Below, one piece after another: positions 10,435 to 20,788 of a stretch of DNA of 64,000 bases; the stretch's first letter is position 1, and every line of letters begins with the position of its first letter. This DNA comes from a virus (Duplodnaviria > Caudoviricetes), in IMG/VR virus record IMGVR_UViG_3300011242_000003, positions 1 through 64,000 of that record; one strand, given 5' to 3'. The translations under genes were made by a program, and so were the position numbers. The notes under the pieces are model-generated. The model ran no database searches. It saw only the letters and a program-made list of their open reading frames with translations, and was not told the origin of the DNA.

Positions 10435-11595
10435 TTATAAATATTTATTTATTAATTTTTCATATTTGGACTTTGGTTTCTCTTCTTCATCTGGTTTTTC
10501 TACAAGACTAAACACTGTCTTTGTTTCAGTTTTTTTACTTGTGTCAGCAGAACTAAACTTAAATTTACCTAGTATTGCGAATAGTCTAATTTCTAGGTCT
10601 TCTAATGAATACTTGGAAGAATTTTCTTTTAAAGATATGTATTCCTCGTTATCAACTAGTTCTTCAAATTTAGAGAACAATTCTTCTTCACTTAATTTTC
10701 TAAGCTCTAACTCTTTTGTTTCTTTGTATTCTTTTAATATTTTTGTTTCATTTTCTAATTGTGAATAAGCAGATTTAAGTTCTGAAATTTCTTTTTCTAG
10801 TGATTCATAAGATACTAATATTTCGTTATACAACTTTTCAAAATCCTTTTCTTCTGTTACTTCCTCTGTTTTATCTGTTATATTTTCTTCCATTAAAGTT
10901 TCAGTTTCTTCAACTTTTTCTTCATGAATTACAACATCATCTTCGTTCATTGGATTACCTCCTTCTTCAAAATTTAAAAATTTATCTAAAGATGATAGCA
11001 TTTCTGCATATTCACCCTTAAAATCATCTTTTGAGAATTTGTCAGATGTCCTTATTTTAGCTAATTTAAAAGCAGGGTTCACATTCTCACCCAATATACA
11101 AATAGCACTAAAATTAAAGTCTGTAATTTCTAAGTAATTTTCTTTATACTCATAGCTTGTAGTTATTACTTCCATACTCTGATTACATGAATTTTCTTTT
11201 ACAACTTTTATAGCATCTTCATATCTACTCCAAAGATAGCAGTCCGCAACTAAATACTCTTCCTTTTCTCCATTTTCTTTGACAATTTGTTCAAATCTAG
11301 CTGAATCTTTAATCATTACACCAAAAGGGATGGTTTTAACTACAATATCCATACCTTCATCATTCCAAACCAACTCTTGCCCATGACCTTCAAAATCTTC
11401 CCCGTTGAAATATCCAATGCAAGGAGCATAATTTAAGGTTGGTAAAGCATTAATAATTGATTGTCTTGTAAATTTCGTACCATTTGCGATTTGGTCATAT
11501 GACATTATAGATACCGTACATTTTAAAAATTCTTCATTAACTTTTTCAAATTTATCAGAAAAAGAAGTATTTATGTATTTTTTCTCCACTTTCAT
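10435..11595 (-). CDS. Prohead protease/scaffold (YonD-like)
   Basis: NQSMEV and FSAICILGENVNPAF protease motifs followed by an acidic coiled-coil scaffold. Confidence 0.75.
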   Translation of the reverse strand: MKVEKKYINTSFSDKFEKVNEEFLKCTVSIMSYDQIANGTKFTRQSIINALPTLNYAPCIGYFNGEDFEGHGQELVWNDEGMDIVVKTIPFGVMIKDSARFEQIVKENGEKEEYLVADCYLWSRYEDAIKVVKENSCNQSMEVITTSYEYKENYLEITDFNFSAICILGENVNPAFKLAKIRTSDKFSKDDFKGEYAEMLSSLDKFLNFEEGGNPMNEDDVVIHEEKVEETETLMEENITDKTEEVTEEKDFEKLYNEILVSYESLEKEISELKSAYSQLENETKILKEYKETKELELRKLSEEELFSKFEELVDNEEYISLKENSSKYSLEDLEIRLFAILGKFKFSSADTSKKTETKTVFSLVEKPDEEEKPKSKYEKLINKYL

Positions 11596-11606
11596 AATCC
11601 TCCTTT

Positions 11607-11792
11607 CTAAAAAAACAACTTATTGGTTTTTTTAAATTTAATATTTTCTTTTTCAAAATTTAATTTATTATTATCTTCAAAAACGAATACATCTTTATTG
11701 CTAATTATATTTTTACAAATAAATCTATATCCATTTGACAACAATCTTTCTTTGTCTTCCTCATTAAATACCAATATAAACACATTATTCAC
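11607..11792 (-). CDS. Small hypothetical protein
   Basis: AGGTG RBS; the likely start is GTG at 11783. Confidence 0.6.
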   Translation of the reverse strand: MNNVFILVFNEEDKERLLSNGYRFICKNIISNKDVFVFEDNNKLNFEKENIKFKKTNKLFF

Positions 11793-13328
11793 CTACACTT
11801 TATTTTCATTAGAACTATCTCTTCTTGTTTGTTCCCCTGATTCTGTTAGTTCAGTATCATCTTTTTTTGGTCTTCCATTTTCAACTTGAGAACTGTCTTG
11901 TGTATGAGAACTTTGTAAAGGAATCATTCTTCCTATAAAATCATATAAATCTTCTAACATTAATGCACCTTCAACTTGGGATGGTGTAAGTCCAAATGTT
12001 GCAAATAATTCATTTAAAATAGGAATTCCATATTGAGCATTACTTAATAATCTTGATATATACTCATCTTTGTTAAAAGTATTAATTTTTGGAATCTTAA
12101 CCGCAAACACATTATCGAAAGTTCTTTTCATTTTGCTAGTCAGTATACATTCAATTTGATTATACAAACCATTAAGTTTGTTTTGGTCTACCACTGTTGA
12201 GAACTTCAAAGTTCCTGCATTTGTTGTACCATTACCAAACATGCTATCTGATACACCAGATGCGTTCCATGCAGATTTCTCAGCATTTGCCACTTGGTTT
12301 ATATCTGTTGCTTTACTAGAAAATTTAAGCTCTTGTACTGGTACTGGTGATATAAAAGGTGTAATTGTATTACCACAAACATTTGTTAAAAAATCATAAT
12401 ATTCTCCTACAAGGGCAGGGTCGACAGTAAATTTATTCATTCCATCATCTTTTGTGCTTGTTTGCATAATTAAAGCTATAAATCTATAGTTTTCCATTTC
12501 TGTCTTTACTTTGTTTAGAGATTTATAATCCATTATATCAATAAGGTCTGAAAACAAATTACAGTATGGTGGAAAATCAATACACGGTGAATTTAACTCA
12601 CTAAAATATCTTAAACACACTTGTTTTTCCATATCAATAACTTGCCACCTTAATTTTACATCTTTTTTATAGTTATTATATAATTTAGTAAACTCAGGAG
12701 GATAGGAATCTAGCAGAGTTTTATTGGTATCTTTGATTCTTTTCCCATTAAAAAAACTAAAGTCAAATTCATAAATCCAACAACCATCATTACTACCAAT
12801 AACTCTACAAAATTTTGGATTTAATTGCTTTATAGTATAAGAACTTTCATTCTCTATTTCATATCCATAAAAGACACCATCTCTTATTGTACTTGCTATA
12901 GCTTTCCTATATTCCATCTCTACGTTCATTTTCTCTAAGATATAAGCACATTCTGAATACTCTTCTTTCAATTTACTTTTTTTAGAATTTACTTTAGTAG
13001 GAAGTATATAAGGAGTTATCAATACCATATCACTAAAATATTTTACTAGGTTTTGATATTGAGGCACACTTATATACATAGCCAAAGATAAGTCTATTAA
13101 TTGCTTTACATATTTATCTGGGGACTCTAAATACATCTTTACAGTTTCAGTGTCTATATTCAATATTTTTGTTTTATCTTTTTCAACACCAAAATCATGT
13201 GCCATTTTATTTACACTTAAAGCATATCTATGAAAAACTTGTTCAAAATTTTGTTGTTGCAATGCTTTTTCAAGCTCTTGTTGAAGTTCTTCCTTGGTGT
13301 AAGTTTCTTTACTTTCATTATTTAGCAA
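11793..13328 (-). CDS. Portal protein (YonE-like)
   Basis: 511 aa directly after TerL; DGVFYGY and PLQSSHTQ...GRP motifs. Confidence 0.8.
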   Translation of the reverse strand: MLNNESKETYTKEELQQELEKALQQQNFEQVFHRYALSVNKMAHDFGVEKDKTKILNIDTETVKMYLESPDKYVKQLIDLSLAMYISVPQYQNLVKYFSDMVLITPYILPTKVNSKKSKLKEEYSECAYILEKMNVEMEYRKAIASTIRDGVFYGYEIENESSYTIKQLNPKFCRVIGSNDGCWIYEFDFSFFNGKRIKDTNKTLLDSYPPEFTKLYNNYKKDVKLRWQVIDMEKQVCLRYFSELNSPCIDFPPYCNLFSDLIDIMDYKSLNKVKTEMENYRFIALIMQTSTKDDGMNKFTVDPALVGEYYDFLTNVCGNTITPFISPVPVQELKFSSKATDINQVANAEKSAWNASGVSDSMFGNGTTNAGTLKFSTVVDQNKLNGLYNQIECILTSKMKRTFDNVFAVKIPKINTFNKDEYISRLLSNAQYGIPILNELFATFGLTPSQVEGALMLEDLYDFIGRMIPLQSSHTQDSSQVENGRPKKDDTELTESGEQTRRDSSNENKV

Positions 13329-13352
13329 ATTACCACCTCCTCATTTAATATT

Positions 13353-15089
13353 TTATCTTATTTTCTGTGGCTTAAATTTAAACAAACATGATAAATCTAT
13401 TTTTGTATCTTTTTTAGATTTGTTTTCAAAAGACATTATATAATAACACATATAACTTGTTGCACTATATCTATCCTTATCTAGTGTCTTTGAATTTCTT
13501 TCTACTGTAAGTTTCCCACCATTCAAAGTTTTTAACTGCAAATTAGCAACTTCCTCAATAAAAAAGTCTGTTTGGACTGCCGATAAATGCCCATTTGTCA
13601 TTATATCATTATTCCCTATCTCCATTTCATTTTGGTCTACCTTGTCTAATAGTTGGAGTTTTTTACTTTCCACTATATTGATAAAGTTAACAATAATATC
13701 TGTATTTATTCCCTGAGCATTTACAACAAATAAACATTTGTCAGTTTCTACTTCATCACTTTCATGGTCTGTATTCATAGTATCATAAGCTATTAATTCT
13801 TCTCCTGTTAACGGGTCGATGTGTGATTTTAATAATTCATCAACAAGTCCTACTCCTAACCCATTTCCGTCTAAGACTACAACCCTTGCTTTAAATATTA
13901 ACTTTAATCTTTTTATTATGATTGCTTGACCTGTAAAATTCATACCGTTCGGTAAATTAATCATATTTACTATTTGGATAAATTTAACTTTATTATTTTT
14001 ATCCCTTTTTACTTTTCCTATAACTATAGATGTTTGGTTGTTTGAAGTTTTTGTAGAACGTGCAACGTCAACACCTATATAATATTCTGATTTACCATCG
14101 CCTTTAATCTCTGCTTTCGGCAACACTCTCAAATTCATTAATAAGTTTACATCCACTAAACAATTGTCCGTACTACCTATCCACCTTGATTCATAGTTAG
14201 TTGCAAAGAAAATGGGAGATAATCTTTCTTTTTTAGCCAAAATTTGACTTCTAGTTTCTCCTCTTCCGTATTCACAAGCTAGTTGCCAATCAGAACCTAG
14301 AACGATTTTACCTTTTAAATCAGCCATTTCATCTAAAATTTTTAAATTTCTTTCATACTCTGTATTTTTAAAGTATGCCGTTGTCAAGAAATGCATCTGT
14401 CCATTTAATTCTTCTGGATTTATACAAGAATTCTTACCTATTGTTCTTCTTGGAATATTTGGTATAGGTTCTAATGCATCTTGGAACACCTCATCATTTA
14501 TTAATGCTGATTCTTCCATATTTAATCTATGTCTTCTTAAGCCTTTTGAAGATTGAGTATTTGCTAAGTTAGTTATAACTGCACCACTTGTAAATGTTAT
14601 TTCTATGGTATCTTTTGACATTATAGGTTTTTTAGCTATTTCATTTCCTATCATTGGATAGAATTTAATTATTTCTCTATGTTTTTCATGAAAGAATTTT
14701 GCACTCGCTTCTCTTGTCTGAGCAGACATTGATAAGGTTATATCAGGATATAGAATTGCTGTTATATACATACAAAGTATTTCAACCATTGTTTTACCAT
14801 ATCCTCTAGGGAAAACACCATAAACGGTTATAAACCTTCCCATAGCCCTCATAAAAACCCTTTGGTCTAAATCTAGTCGAATACCCCCTTCTTCAGGAGT
14901 TATTAAATCTAAAAACAAATCGTAATTCCATCTAGCCCATGCTAGAAAATCAACCCATTTATCCAAGTTACCAGAAAACCCATCTTCTTGCTTTTTACTC
15001 TTAGCTGAAACATTGCTACTGAATTCAGGATTATATATATCATAATTGTGTTCTGAACTTCTATCATTTATTTTGAAATTAACAGCCAC
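13353..15089 (-). CDS. terL: Terminase large subunit
   Basis: PRGYGKT Walker A, GLRR, MEES Walker B; nuclease motifs GVDVAR, LDGNGLG and KDRYSA. Confidence 0.92.
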   Translation of the reverse strand: MAVNFKINDRSSEHNYDIYNPEFSSNVSAKSKKQEDGFSGNLDKWVDFLAWARWNYDLFLDLITPEEGGIRLDLDQRVFMRAMGRFITVYGVFPRGYGKTMVEILCMYITAILYPDITLSMSAQTREASAKFFHEKHREIIKFYPMIGNEIAKKPIMSKDTIEITFTSGAVITNLANTQSSKGLRRHRLNMEESALINDEVFQDALEPIPNIPRRTIGKNSCINPEELNGQMHFLTTAYFKNTEYERNLKILDEMADLKGKIVLGSDWQLACEYGRGETRSQILAKKERLSPIFFATNYESRWIGSTDNCLVDVNLLMNLRVLPKAEIKGDGKSEYYIGVDVARSTKTSNNQTSIVIGKVKRDKNNKVKFIQIVNMINLPNGMNFTGQAIIIKRLKLIFKARVVVLDGNGLGVGLVDELLKSHIDPLTGEELIAYDTMNTDHESDEVETDKCLFVVNAQGINTDIIVNFINIVESKKLQLLDKVDQNEMEIGNNDIMTNGHLSAVQTDFFIEEVANLQLKTLNGGKLTVERNSKTLDKDRYSATSYMCYYIMSFENKSKKDTKIDLSCLFKFKPQKIR

Positions 15090-16030
15090 TATTCCTCATC
15101 CTCAAATTCAAAGTCTCTATTAGGAGTTCTTTTATACTCTTCTTTTCTTTCTTCATAAAAATTATATATATCCTTATATTCAGCATCAGGTAAATTCTTC
15201 ATTCTTCTAACATAGTTGATATAACACCATAAAGTAAAATCCACTTTATCTTGTGGTTTTTCTTTGAATTTAGGTAATATTTCAATAATGTCTTTTACTC
15301 TTTCAACAGCTCTACTTAGTTCTCCAAATCCATTTAGTCCTCCACTTAAATCAGCCTTACTTAATTGAGAAGGATTTATTTTTGCTCTTTCAGAGGCTTT
15401 GTCTGCAAGTTGTCCCCATTTTTGTGCCTCAGAAACATCTCCTTTTGCAGTTGACATTTCTTCTTTTACTCTATATCTTATGTAAGTTAATAATGCTTCT
15501 GTGTGCATAGCAGTTTTTTGAGGATAATTCTCTTTTAATAAATCAAATTTCCTTTCAAAGCTATATAATTCTTCATCACTATATCCAAAACCCCACTTAT
15601 CAATAAGAGAATTTCTATAATCATCATCTCTAAGTAATTGTGTATTTAAAGTGCTACTAACTTCATTCTTTTCAAATACGCTATCTTTGTACTTGAGTTT
15701 TCTATTTTGTACCATACCCAAGTCTTTAAAGTAAAATCCTATTGCAGAATCTACTTTTTCATATTTATTTATATTTGTAATAAATAATCCATGTATATAT
15801 GGTCTATCAACTTGAGCTAACATACTTTTAAAGTTTTGTATATTTATCTTACTATTGTCAAAGTTGTCTAAACTTTTCTCTATACAACATTTTTTACAAA
15901 GTGGTAATATACCACTAGCAGTAGAGCCGAAACTTTTATAAAACTCTGATTTTTTTCTATCCTTATCACAGCCATTACAATGAAAAACTTCATCTACTTT
16001 TTCTGTGGTATTCTTAGCCATCCTTATCAT
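15089..16030 (-). CDS. Putative terminase small subunit (YonG-like) with N-terminal Zn finger
   Basis: CNGC...CKKC; KWGFGY motif; overlaps the terL start. Confidence 0.65.
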   Translation of the reverse strand: MIRMAKNTTEKVDEVFHCNGCDKDRKKSEFYKSFGSTASGILPLCKKCCIEKSLDNFDNSKINIQNFKSMLAQVDRPYIHGLFITNINKYEKVDSAIGFYFKDLGMVQNRKLKYKDSVFEKNEVSSTLNTQLLRDDDYRNSLIDKWGFGYSDEELYSFERKFDLLKENYPQKTAMHTEALLTYIRYRVKEEMSTAKGDVSEAQKWGQLADKASERAKINPSQLSKADLSGGLNGFGELSRAVERVKDIIEILPKFKEKPQDKVDFTLWCYINYVRRMKNLPDAEYKDIYNFYEERKEEYKRTPNRDFEFEDEE

Positions 16031-16091
16031 TCCTTTCTATTTTTTCATATAACAAAAGACTAGGAACACCTAGCCTTTTAAAATGACAATT

Positions 16092-16868
16092 TTATTTATT
16101 TAATATTTTACCCAATTTTGCAATTGGCGTAGGTTCAACTGCATATCCCCTACTTTTCAATATGTCTACTAATGAAAAACCAAAGGCTAATTTATCGCCA
16201 TATATTTTAACATCATAGTCACATTTATTTATAATAGGAATCATATAATTTACAATTTCATTTGTGTTATTACCAAATATATAAGTGATAACCCCATCAA
16301 AACATATCTTACATCTGACACCATTATCTATTAATTCAACATCAAAGTATAAATCTTTAGTTTCTCTTTTATCGTTCATATTTTCTAATGTTTGTTGAAT
16401 TTTATATCTATTATTGCTTATAGTCATAGACAAATTAGTTATAGTATCAATTAAATTGTCTTGTTTTCTTCTATTTAATATTTCATTTATTTCTTTCTTT
16501 ATATATCCTGATTTAACATCATTATCAGTATAAACATATACAAATTCACTTGGGTAATTATGATTAGACATATGGCATGAATAAGCGAATTTCAAATCAT
16601 AATATGTATCAGTTTTTATTCCATCTGAACCATCTTTATAATACTTAACATGGTTTTGAATTTCTATTTCATCAATATAATCTAAGTTTTTCATAAATCC
16701 GTCTTCCATTTGACAAAATATTAATATCATATTAGACTTCTTACCGTTATAAGAACTTAGAAATTTTTCTGCATGTACTTCATTAACATAATCTAAAATA
16801 TACTCTTTATTTTTACGATGAGTTATTTTTACATTACACCCTTTAACTCCATATAATTTATCATTCAT
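16092..16868 (-). CDS. Hypothetical protein
   Basis: 258-aa ORF with AAGGAG RBS. Confidence 0.6.
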   Translation of the reverse strand: MNDKLYGVKGCNVKITHRKNKEYILDYVNEVHAEKFLSSYNGKKSNMILIFCQMEDGFMKNLDYIDEIEIQNHVKYYKDGSDGIKTDTYYDLKFAYSCHMSNHNYPSEFVYVYTDNDVKSGYIKKEINEILNRRKQDNLIDTITNLSMTISNNRYKIQQTLENMNDKRETKDLYFDVELIDNGVRCKICFDGVITYIFGNNTNEIVNYMIPIINKCDYDVKIYGDKLAFGFSLVDILKSRGYAVEPTPIAKLGKILNK

Positions 16869-16991
16869 TTTTATTCTCCTTCAGTGCTTGGTCACCACCC
16901 TTAACTTAAGAGATAAACTCTTATTTAGTCATACCGTTTTTCAGATATGACCTATAAAAGTTTAATATTTTATTCCTTTAAAACAATTCTT

Positions 16992-17441
16992 TTAACCATC
17001 TATGTCTTCTATAATCTCATTTAACATATCTAGTCTACCTGTTTCATACATATCTACTAAATATCTTTTTAATATGTCATGTGAACATTCTCCATCTCTA
17101 GGATTTCCTATTTCATATAGTAAATCTTCCATAACATCATCTATAAACTCCAAATCATTTTCCTCTGATTCTTCTGCGTATAATATTGATATGCTGTCAC
17201 TTAACACGTATTCTTCTATTTCCCAAGGTTCTATTATTCCTTCTTCAATATATACATTTGCATCTTCTACATACTTTAAATGTCGGTTGCCATAAGCAAC
17301 TTCAAAGAAATACATTTCACAATCTGGAAACGTTGATTTTGTTACCATAAGTACATTTGACTCATATAATTCTTGTGCCTCTTTTATGGTCATTGGACAT
17401 TCTGAATTGAATTGATAGCCTTCCATTTCAAGTAATTCCAC
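16992..17441 (-). CDS. Hypothetical acidic protein
   Basis: Co-oriented ORF; the frame stays open upstream, so the start is uncertain. Confidence 0.55.
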   Translation of the reverse strand: MELLEMEGYQFNSECPMTIKEAQELYESNVLMVTKSTFPDCEMYFFEVAYGNRHLKYVEDANVYIEEGIIEPWEIEEYVLSDSISILYAEESEENDLEFIDDVMEDLLYEIGNPRDGECSHDILKRYLVDMYETGRLDMLNEIIEDIDG

Positions 17442-17533
17442 TAGGTCAAAACCTAATTCATTGCCAACTATAAAACATATATCATTACTATCTTTAAATA
17501 ACTTTATTAATTTTAAATTCCTTCTCTCAATCT

Positions 17534-17896
17534 TTATATTTGATTCATTTCAGTTTGAACAGTTTGTTGTTTTGAATTTATTTTACCTAATTCTAAGTTG
17601 CCTCTTGAGGTTGACTCATTTAAGATGATATTATATGCAAATTCCTCTCCTAAGCCTACACTTCTTAAAGCTGAGTATTGTCCTGCCATGAAACTAGCAT
17701 CTTTAATCCCTCTTTTAAATTCATCAATATCTAATTCTAAATCATTTAGCAATTCTGTATTTAGTTCTACTTTGGGCATAATTTCTTCTACAATAGATAC
17801 TACTTCCTCAGATGTATAAACTCTATCTTCTAAACATGGTTCTAAAACATCTTCCTCAATTTGATTTTCTAGTTCTTTATCTAATATTTCACTCAT
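17534..17896 (-). CDS. Hypothetical acidic protein
   Basis: ORF with AGGTG RBS. Confidence 0.6.
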   Translation of the reverse strand: MSEILDKELENQIEEDVLEPCLEDRVYTSEEVVSIVEEIMPKVELNTELLNDLELDIDEFKRGIKDASFMAGQYSALRSVGLGEEFAYNIILNESTSRGNLELGKINSKQQTVQTEMNQI

Positions 17897-17914
17897 TATA
17901 TCACCTATAATCCT

Positions 17915-18508
17915 TTACAATATTTCATCTACAATGCCTAATTCTAAAGCCTCTGATGGATTTATATACCAATCTTGCTTACACTTGTCCACTTCATCAA
18001 GTCTTTCTTTAGTTATATTGGTTTTTTCTAATATTAACTCTCTTGCAATATTATTTAATCTTTCAGTTTCATGAATATCTTCTTTTAATTTTTGTACTTT
18101 ACCCCATACACCACTTGAAACAGAGTGACTCATAAAAGTTGAATATTCATAACAATATCTCTTATCACCTATTAATGAAAGCAAAAACCCACAAGACATT
18201 GCTTTACCTGTAGTTAGTGTATAAATTTTATATCCACATTTTTGTAAATATCTTATCTTTCCCAAAATAGACATTAATTCATAGCATTCTCCACCATAAC
18301 TATTAATACATATCCAAATAGGTTCACGTTTACTCATAGGGATTTCTTTTTCATCATCTATCTTTTTAATTTTATCCATCCAATAAGATAATTTAAAAAT
18401 TGACTGCTCATCAAATCCTTCATTTAAATGAATTTTTCTATCCATAACTTGTCTAAATATCATTTCTTGAAGTATAGCATCTACTGGTTGCATTATCATC
18501 TCACTCAT
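17915..18508 (-). CDS. clpP: ClpP-family protease subunit
   Basis: INSYGG, GKAMSCG (Ser), FMSH (His), DWY..P.EALELGIVDEI. Confidence 0.85.
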   Translation of the reverse strand: MSEMIMQPVDAILQEMIFRQVMDRKIHLNEGFDEQSIFKLSYWMDKIKKIDDEKEIPMSKREPIWICINSYGGECYELMSILGKIRYLQKCGYKIYTLTTGKAMSCGFLLSLIGDKRYCYEYSTFMSHSVSSGVWGKVQKLKEDIHETERLNNIARELILEKTNITKERLDEVDKCKQDWYINPSEALELGIVDEIL

Positions 18509-18542
18509 ATAAGTTTCCTCATATCTTTCTTAATTTAATATT

Positions 18543-19757
18543 TTAGTTTAATACCATAGTATAATTCTCTGTTATGCCTAAACCTTTTTCAATTTTATAT
18601 AGTTTTGCCATTGCTTTACTTCCTAACTTCAACCTGTCTGAATAAGGGTCACTTCCTACAAAAGAAGGTACAACTACAATTTCTGTGTTTCCATTCTCAC
18701 TTTCGCTAACACTCATTTGCTGTCCTGCATGGAAATGAGCTGTAAAACAAATATCATAAAATTTTCTATGCAACATAGAATAATCCTTTATTGCATTTTT
18801 AATTCCTTTGAGTTGATGCCCATGTAAAGACAATATATTCTGTCCTAATATTTCCATTGAATGATATTCCTTGTCTGTTAGTACAACTTCTATTCTAGGA
18901 TTATTTGAAACCAAATCTTTAATATAATTACCTATTACAAATTCTAAATCTTCTCTTGGTAAATCTGGTTTTCCCGTAATAGGTCTTGTTTGAGAGTGAT
19001 TTGAATACATAGTATGATAATAGGTTACATTCACTTTTTTAGATAATTCATTTAAAACAGTTGCTATTAATCTGCTAACTTCTACAACACTTTCTACTAC
19101 AGGTATATCATTTAATTTAACATCAGAAATCCTAAGAAGTCCTTGAATATCATCACCAAGACTAAAAATATTTAATGTATTTATATTGTTTTTATCTATC
19201 AATGCATCAACCTTTGATATCATTTTCTCAAATCTTCTCTTACATTCTTCTCTTGAATATGTATTGTTTTCTGACACAAAATCAGCACCATAATGTAAAT
19301 CTGCCCAAGCTAAAATATATTCGCCATCACTTTCCATATAACTTAATTCTTCAAATTTAGGTAGTGGTAATCTATCTTTTGCATCTTTTATATTTTCATA
19401 AAATAATTCTTGTCTACCATCTAATCTTAAATTTCTATTTAACTCTATCTTAGTAGTTTGTAATTTTTTACGTTCTTTTTCAATTTCTAATCTTTTTAAT
19501 TCTAATTCATTTAAAACTTCATCGTCTTTTATGTTGGTGATTTGCTCCTTGTCTATTAACTCAAATAAGTATCTCAAGCCATAGAATCTCTTTCTAACCT
19601 CACTAGAATTAAATTTATTACCTTCACCAAATACCAATTCACTTAATTCACAAAAGTCTTCATCTATAGTCTTATCAATCAATTTACCATACACAATTCT
19701 TTTGATAAATTGAAACTGACTTTCATTTTCCTTCTTCTTTAAATCATTCATAATCAT
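18543..19757 (-). CDS. Calcineurin-like metallophosphoesterase (YonJ-like)
   Basis: DLHYG, LGDD, SNH, HGH and HFH motifs. Confidence 0.8.
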   Translation of the reverse strand: MIMNDLKKKENESQFQFIKRIVYGKLIDKTIDEDFCELSELVFGEGNKFNSSEVRKRFYGLRYLFELIDKEQITNIKDDEVLNELELKRLEIEKERKKLQTTKIELNRNLRLDGRQELFYENIKDAKDRLPLPKFEELSYMESDGEYILAWADLHYGADFVSENNTYSREECKRRFEKMISKVDALIDKNNINTLNIFSLGDDIQGLLRISDVKLNDIPVVESVVEVSRLIATVLNELSKKVNVTYYHTMYSNHSQTRPITGKPDLPREDLEFVIGNYIKDLVSNNPRIEVVLTDKEYHSMEILGQNILSLHGHQLKGIKNAIKDYSMLHRKFYDICFTAHFHAGQQMSVSESENGNTEIVVVPSFVGSDPYSDRLKLGSKAMAKLYKIEKGLGITENYTMVLN

Positions 19758-19781
19758 CTCTCCAAATTATTCTAATTTAAT

Positions 19782-19940
19782 TTATTCTTTTATCTCTCTT
19801 AAAGTATCCTCCGTTTGGCATTTTGGACACTCAAATATTACAACATTTTTTATATCATAAATATATTGTAGTTCTCTTAATTCTTCTTCATTTCCCTTGT
19901 ATTTACAATATCTACAATGTACATCAATCTTCTTTTTCAC
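19782..19940 (-). CDS. 52-aa Zn-ribbon protein (below the ORF track cutoff)
   Basis: GGAGAG RBS plus GTG; MKKKIDVHCRYC...FECPKCQTEDTLREIKE. Confidence 0.65.
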   Translation of the reverse strand: MKKKIDVHCRYCKYKGNEEELRELQYIYDIKNVVIFECPKCQTEDTLREIKE

Positions 19941-20049
19941 TTTTATCTCTCCATTTACTCAAGTTTAATTTAATATTTCTTGACTTTTAATTAATTATGT
20001 ATTATGATTATGTTGAAAAAATATAATCATTTTTAAGTTTAAAAAATAA

Positions 20050-20510
20050 ATAATAAATGAGTAGACTTCACGTATCCACTCATGATAATCACGTCTTAGT
20101 TATATGTATGCATCCAAAACTAAGAAACATATGTTTCACCTTTAAACTAACGATTTATGAGTTGATACAGTTAGCATAATCTATTAAATCATAGGCTCTA
20201 TCACTACTACGTTAGATGAAACTAAATATTTGCCCACCACGTTTGAGGATACACATGCAAGGTGCATAGCCTTTGATGGTTCTTTAATATATTTTAAGCC
20301 ACCTAACAGCACTCCTAGAGAATTACCTCGTGGGCTGTTGTCCATATTATAGACTCATGGTTACTGGTTTGTGGCTCGACTACTATTAACCATTTTTCAT
20401 CTTTTAAATTCCAGAGGCACATCCTCCACCACATACCCCTAACCCTTTGTGGTTTCCTAGGATTTATATTTTTTTAGGTATCTGCCTTTTCAGGTCAAAT
20501 CCTATTATAT
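20050..20510 (-). ncRNA. Candidate large structured ncRNA (ROOL/GOLLD-like context, family unassigned)
   Basis: ORF-free and GC-enriched relative to its flanks. Shows many helices and possible pseudoknots on the minus strand and ends in a hairpin with a U-rich tail. Confidence 0.6.
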
Positions 20511-20516
20511 ATTATT

Positions 20517-20596
20517 GAAAACATAGGTGGGTTGGTAACCCCACATTTGCATGTTTAAAAGACTGCCGTAGCTACCTGTTCTACTTCTATATTCTC
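20517..20596 (-). tRNA. Degenerate tRNA-Lys(UUU)-like cloverleaf
   Basis: Acceptor GAGAAUAUAG/CUAUGUUUUC, D stem GUAG/CUAC, anticodon loop CU-UUU-AA, T stem GUGGG/CCCAC. It has a bulged anticodon stem, a non-canonical T loop and no CCA. Confidence 0.45.
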
Positions 20597-20620
20597 AATT
20601 ATGTCAATGTTAATTATGTA

Positions 20621-20773
20621 TTATTCTGCTTCCTTGAAATTAATACATTTATCTATAGTAATATCAATTCCTAACTGTTTCTTTGCTTCCTCATCAAATA
20701 TTGATATCTTTTTACTATAATTCTCACACACTAGCATGTGGTCACAATTTTTACAAATGTTATTATTTATCAT
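20621..20773 (-). CDS. 50-aa Cys-containing hypothetical protein (below the ORF track cutoff)
   Basis: AAGGAG RBS; MINNNICKNCDHMLVC...KCINFKEAE. Confidence 0.6.
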   Translation of the reverse strand: MINNNICKNCDHMLVCENYSKKISIFDEEAKKQLGIDITIDKCINFKEAE

Positions 20774-20788
20774 TTTAAAATTCTCCTT

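Noticed and set aside
11790-11798. GTG-TAG-GTG at the end of the portal gene, and a similar in-frame abutment at 6712/6713, as further stop-hops
   Set aside because: The AGGTG is explained as the RBS of the downstream gene (GTG at 11783; TTG for the 6095 gene), and no catalytic motif requires fusion.
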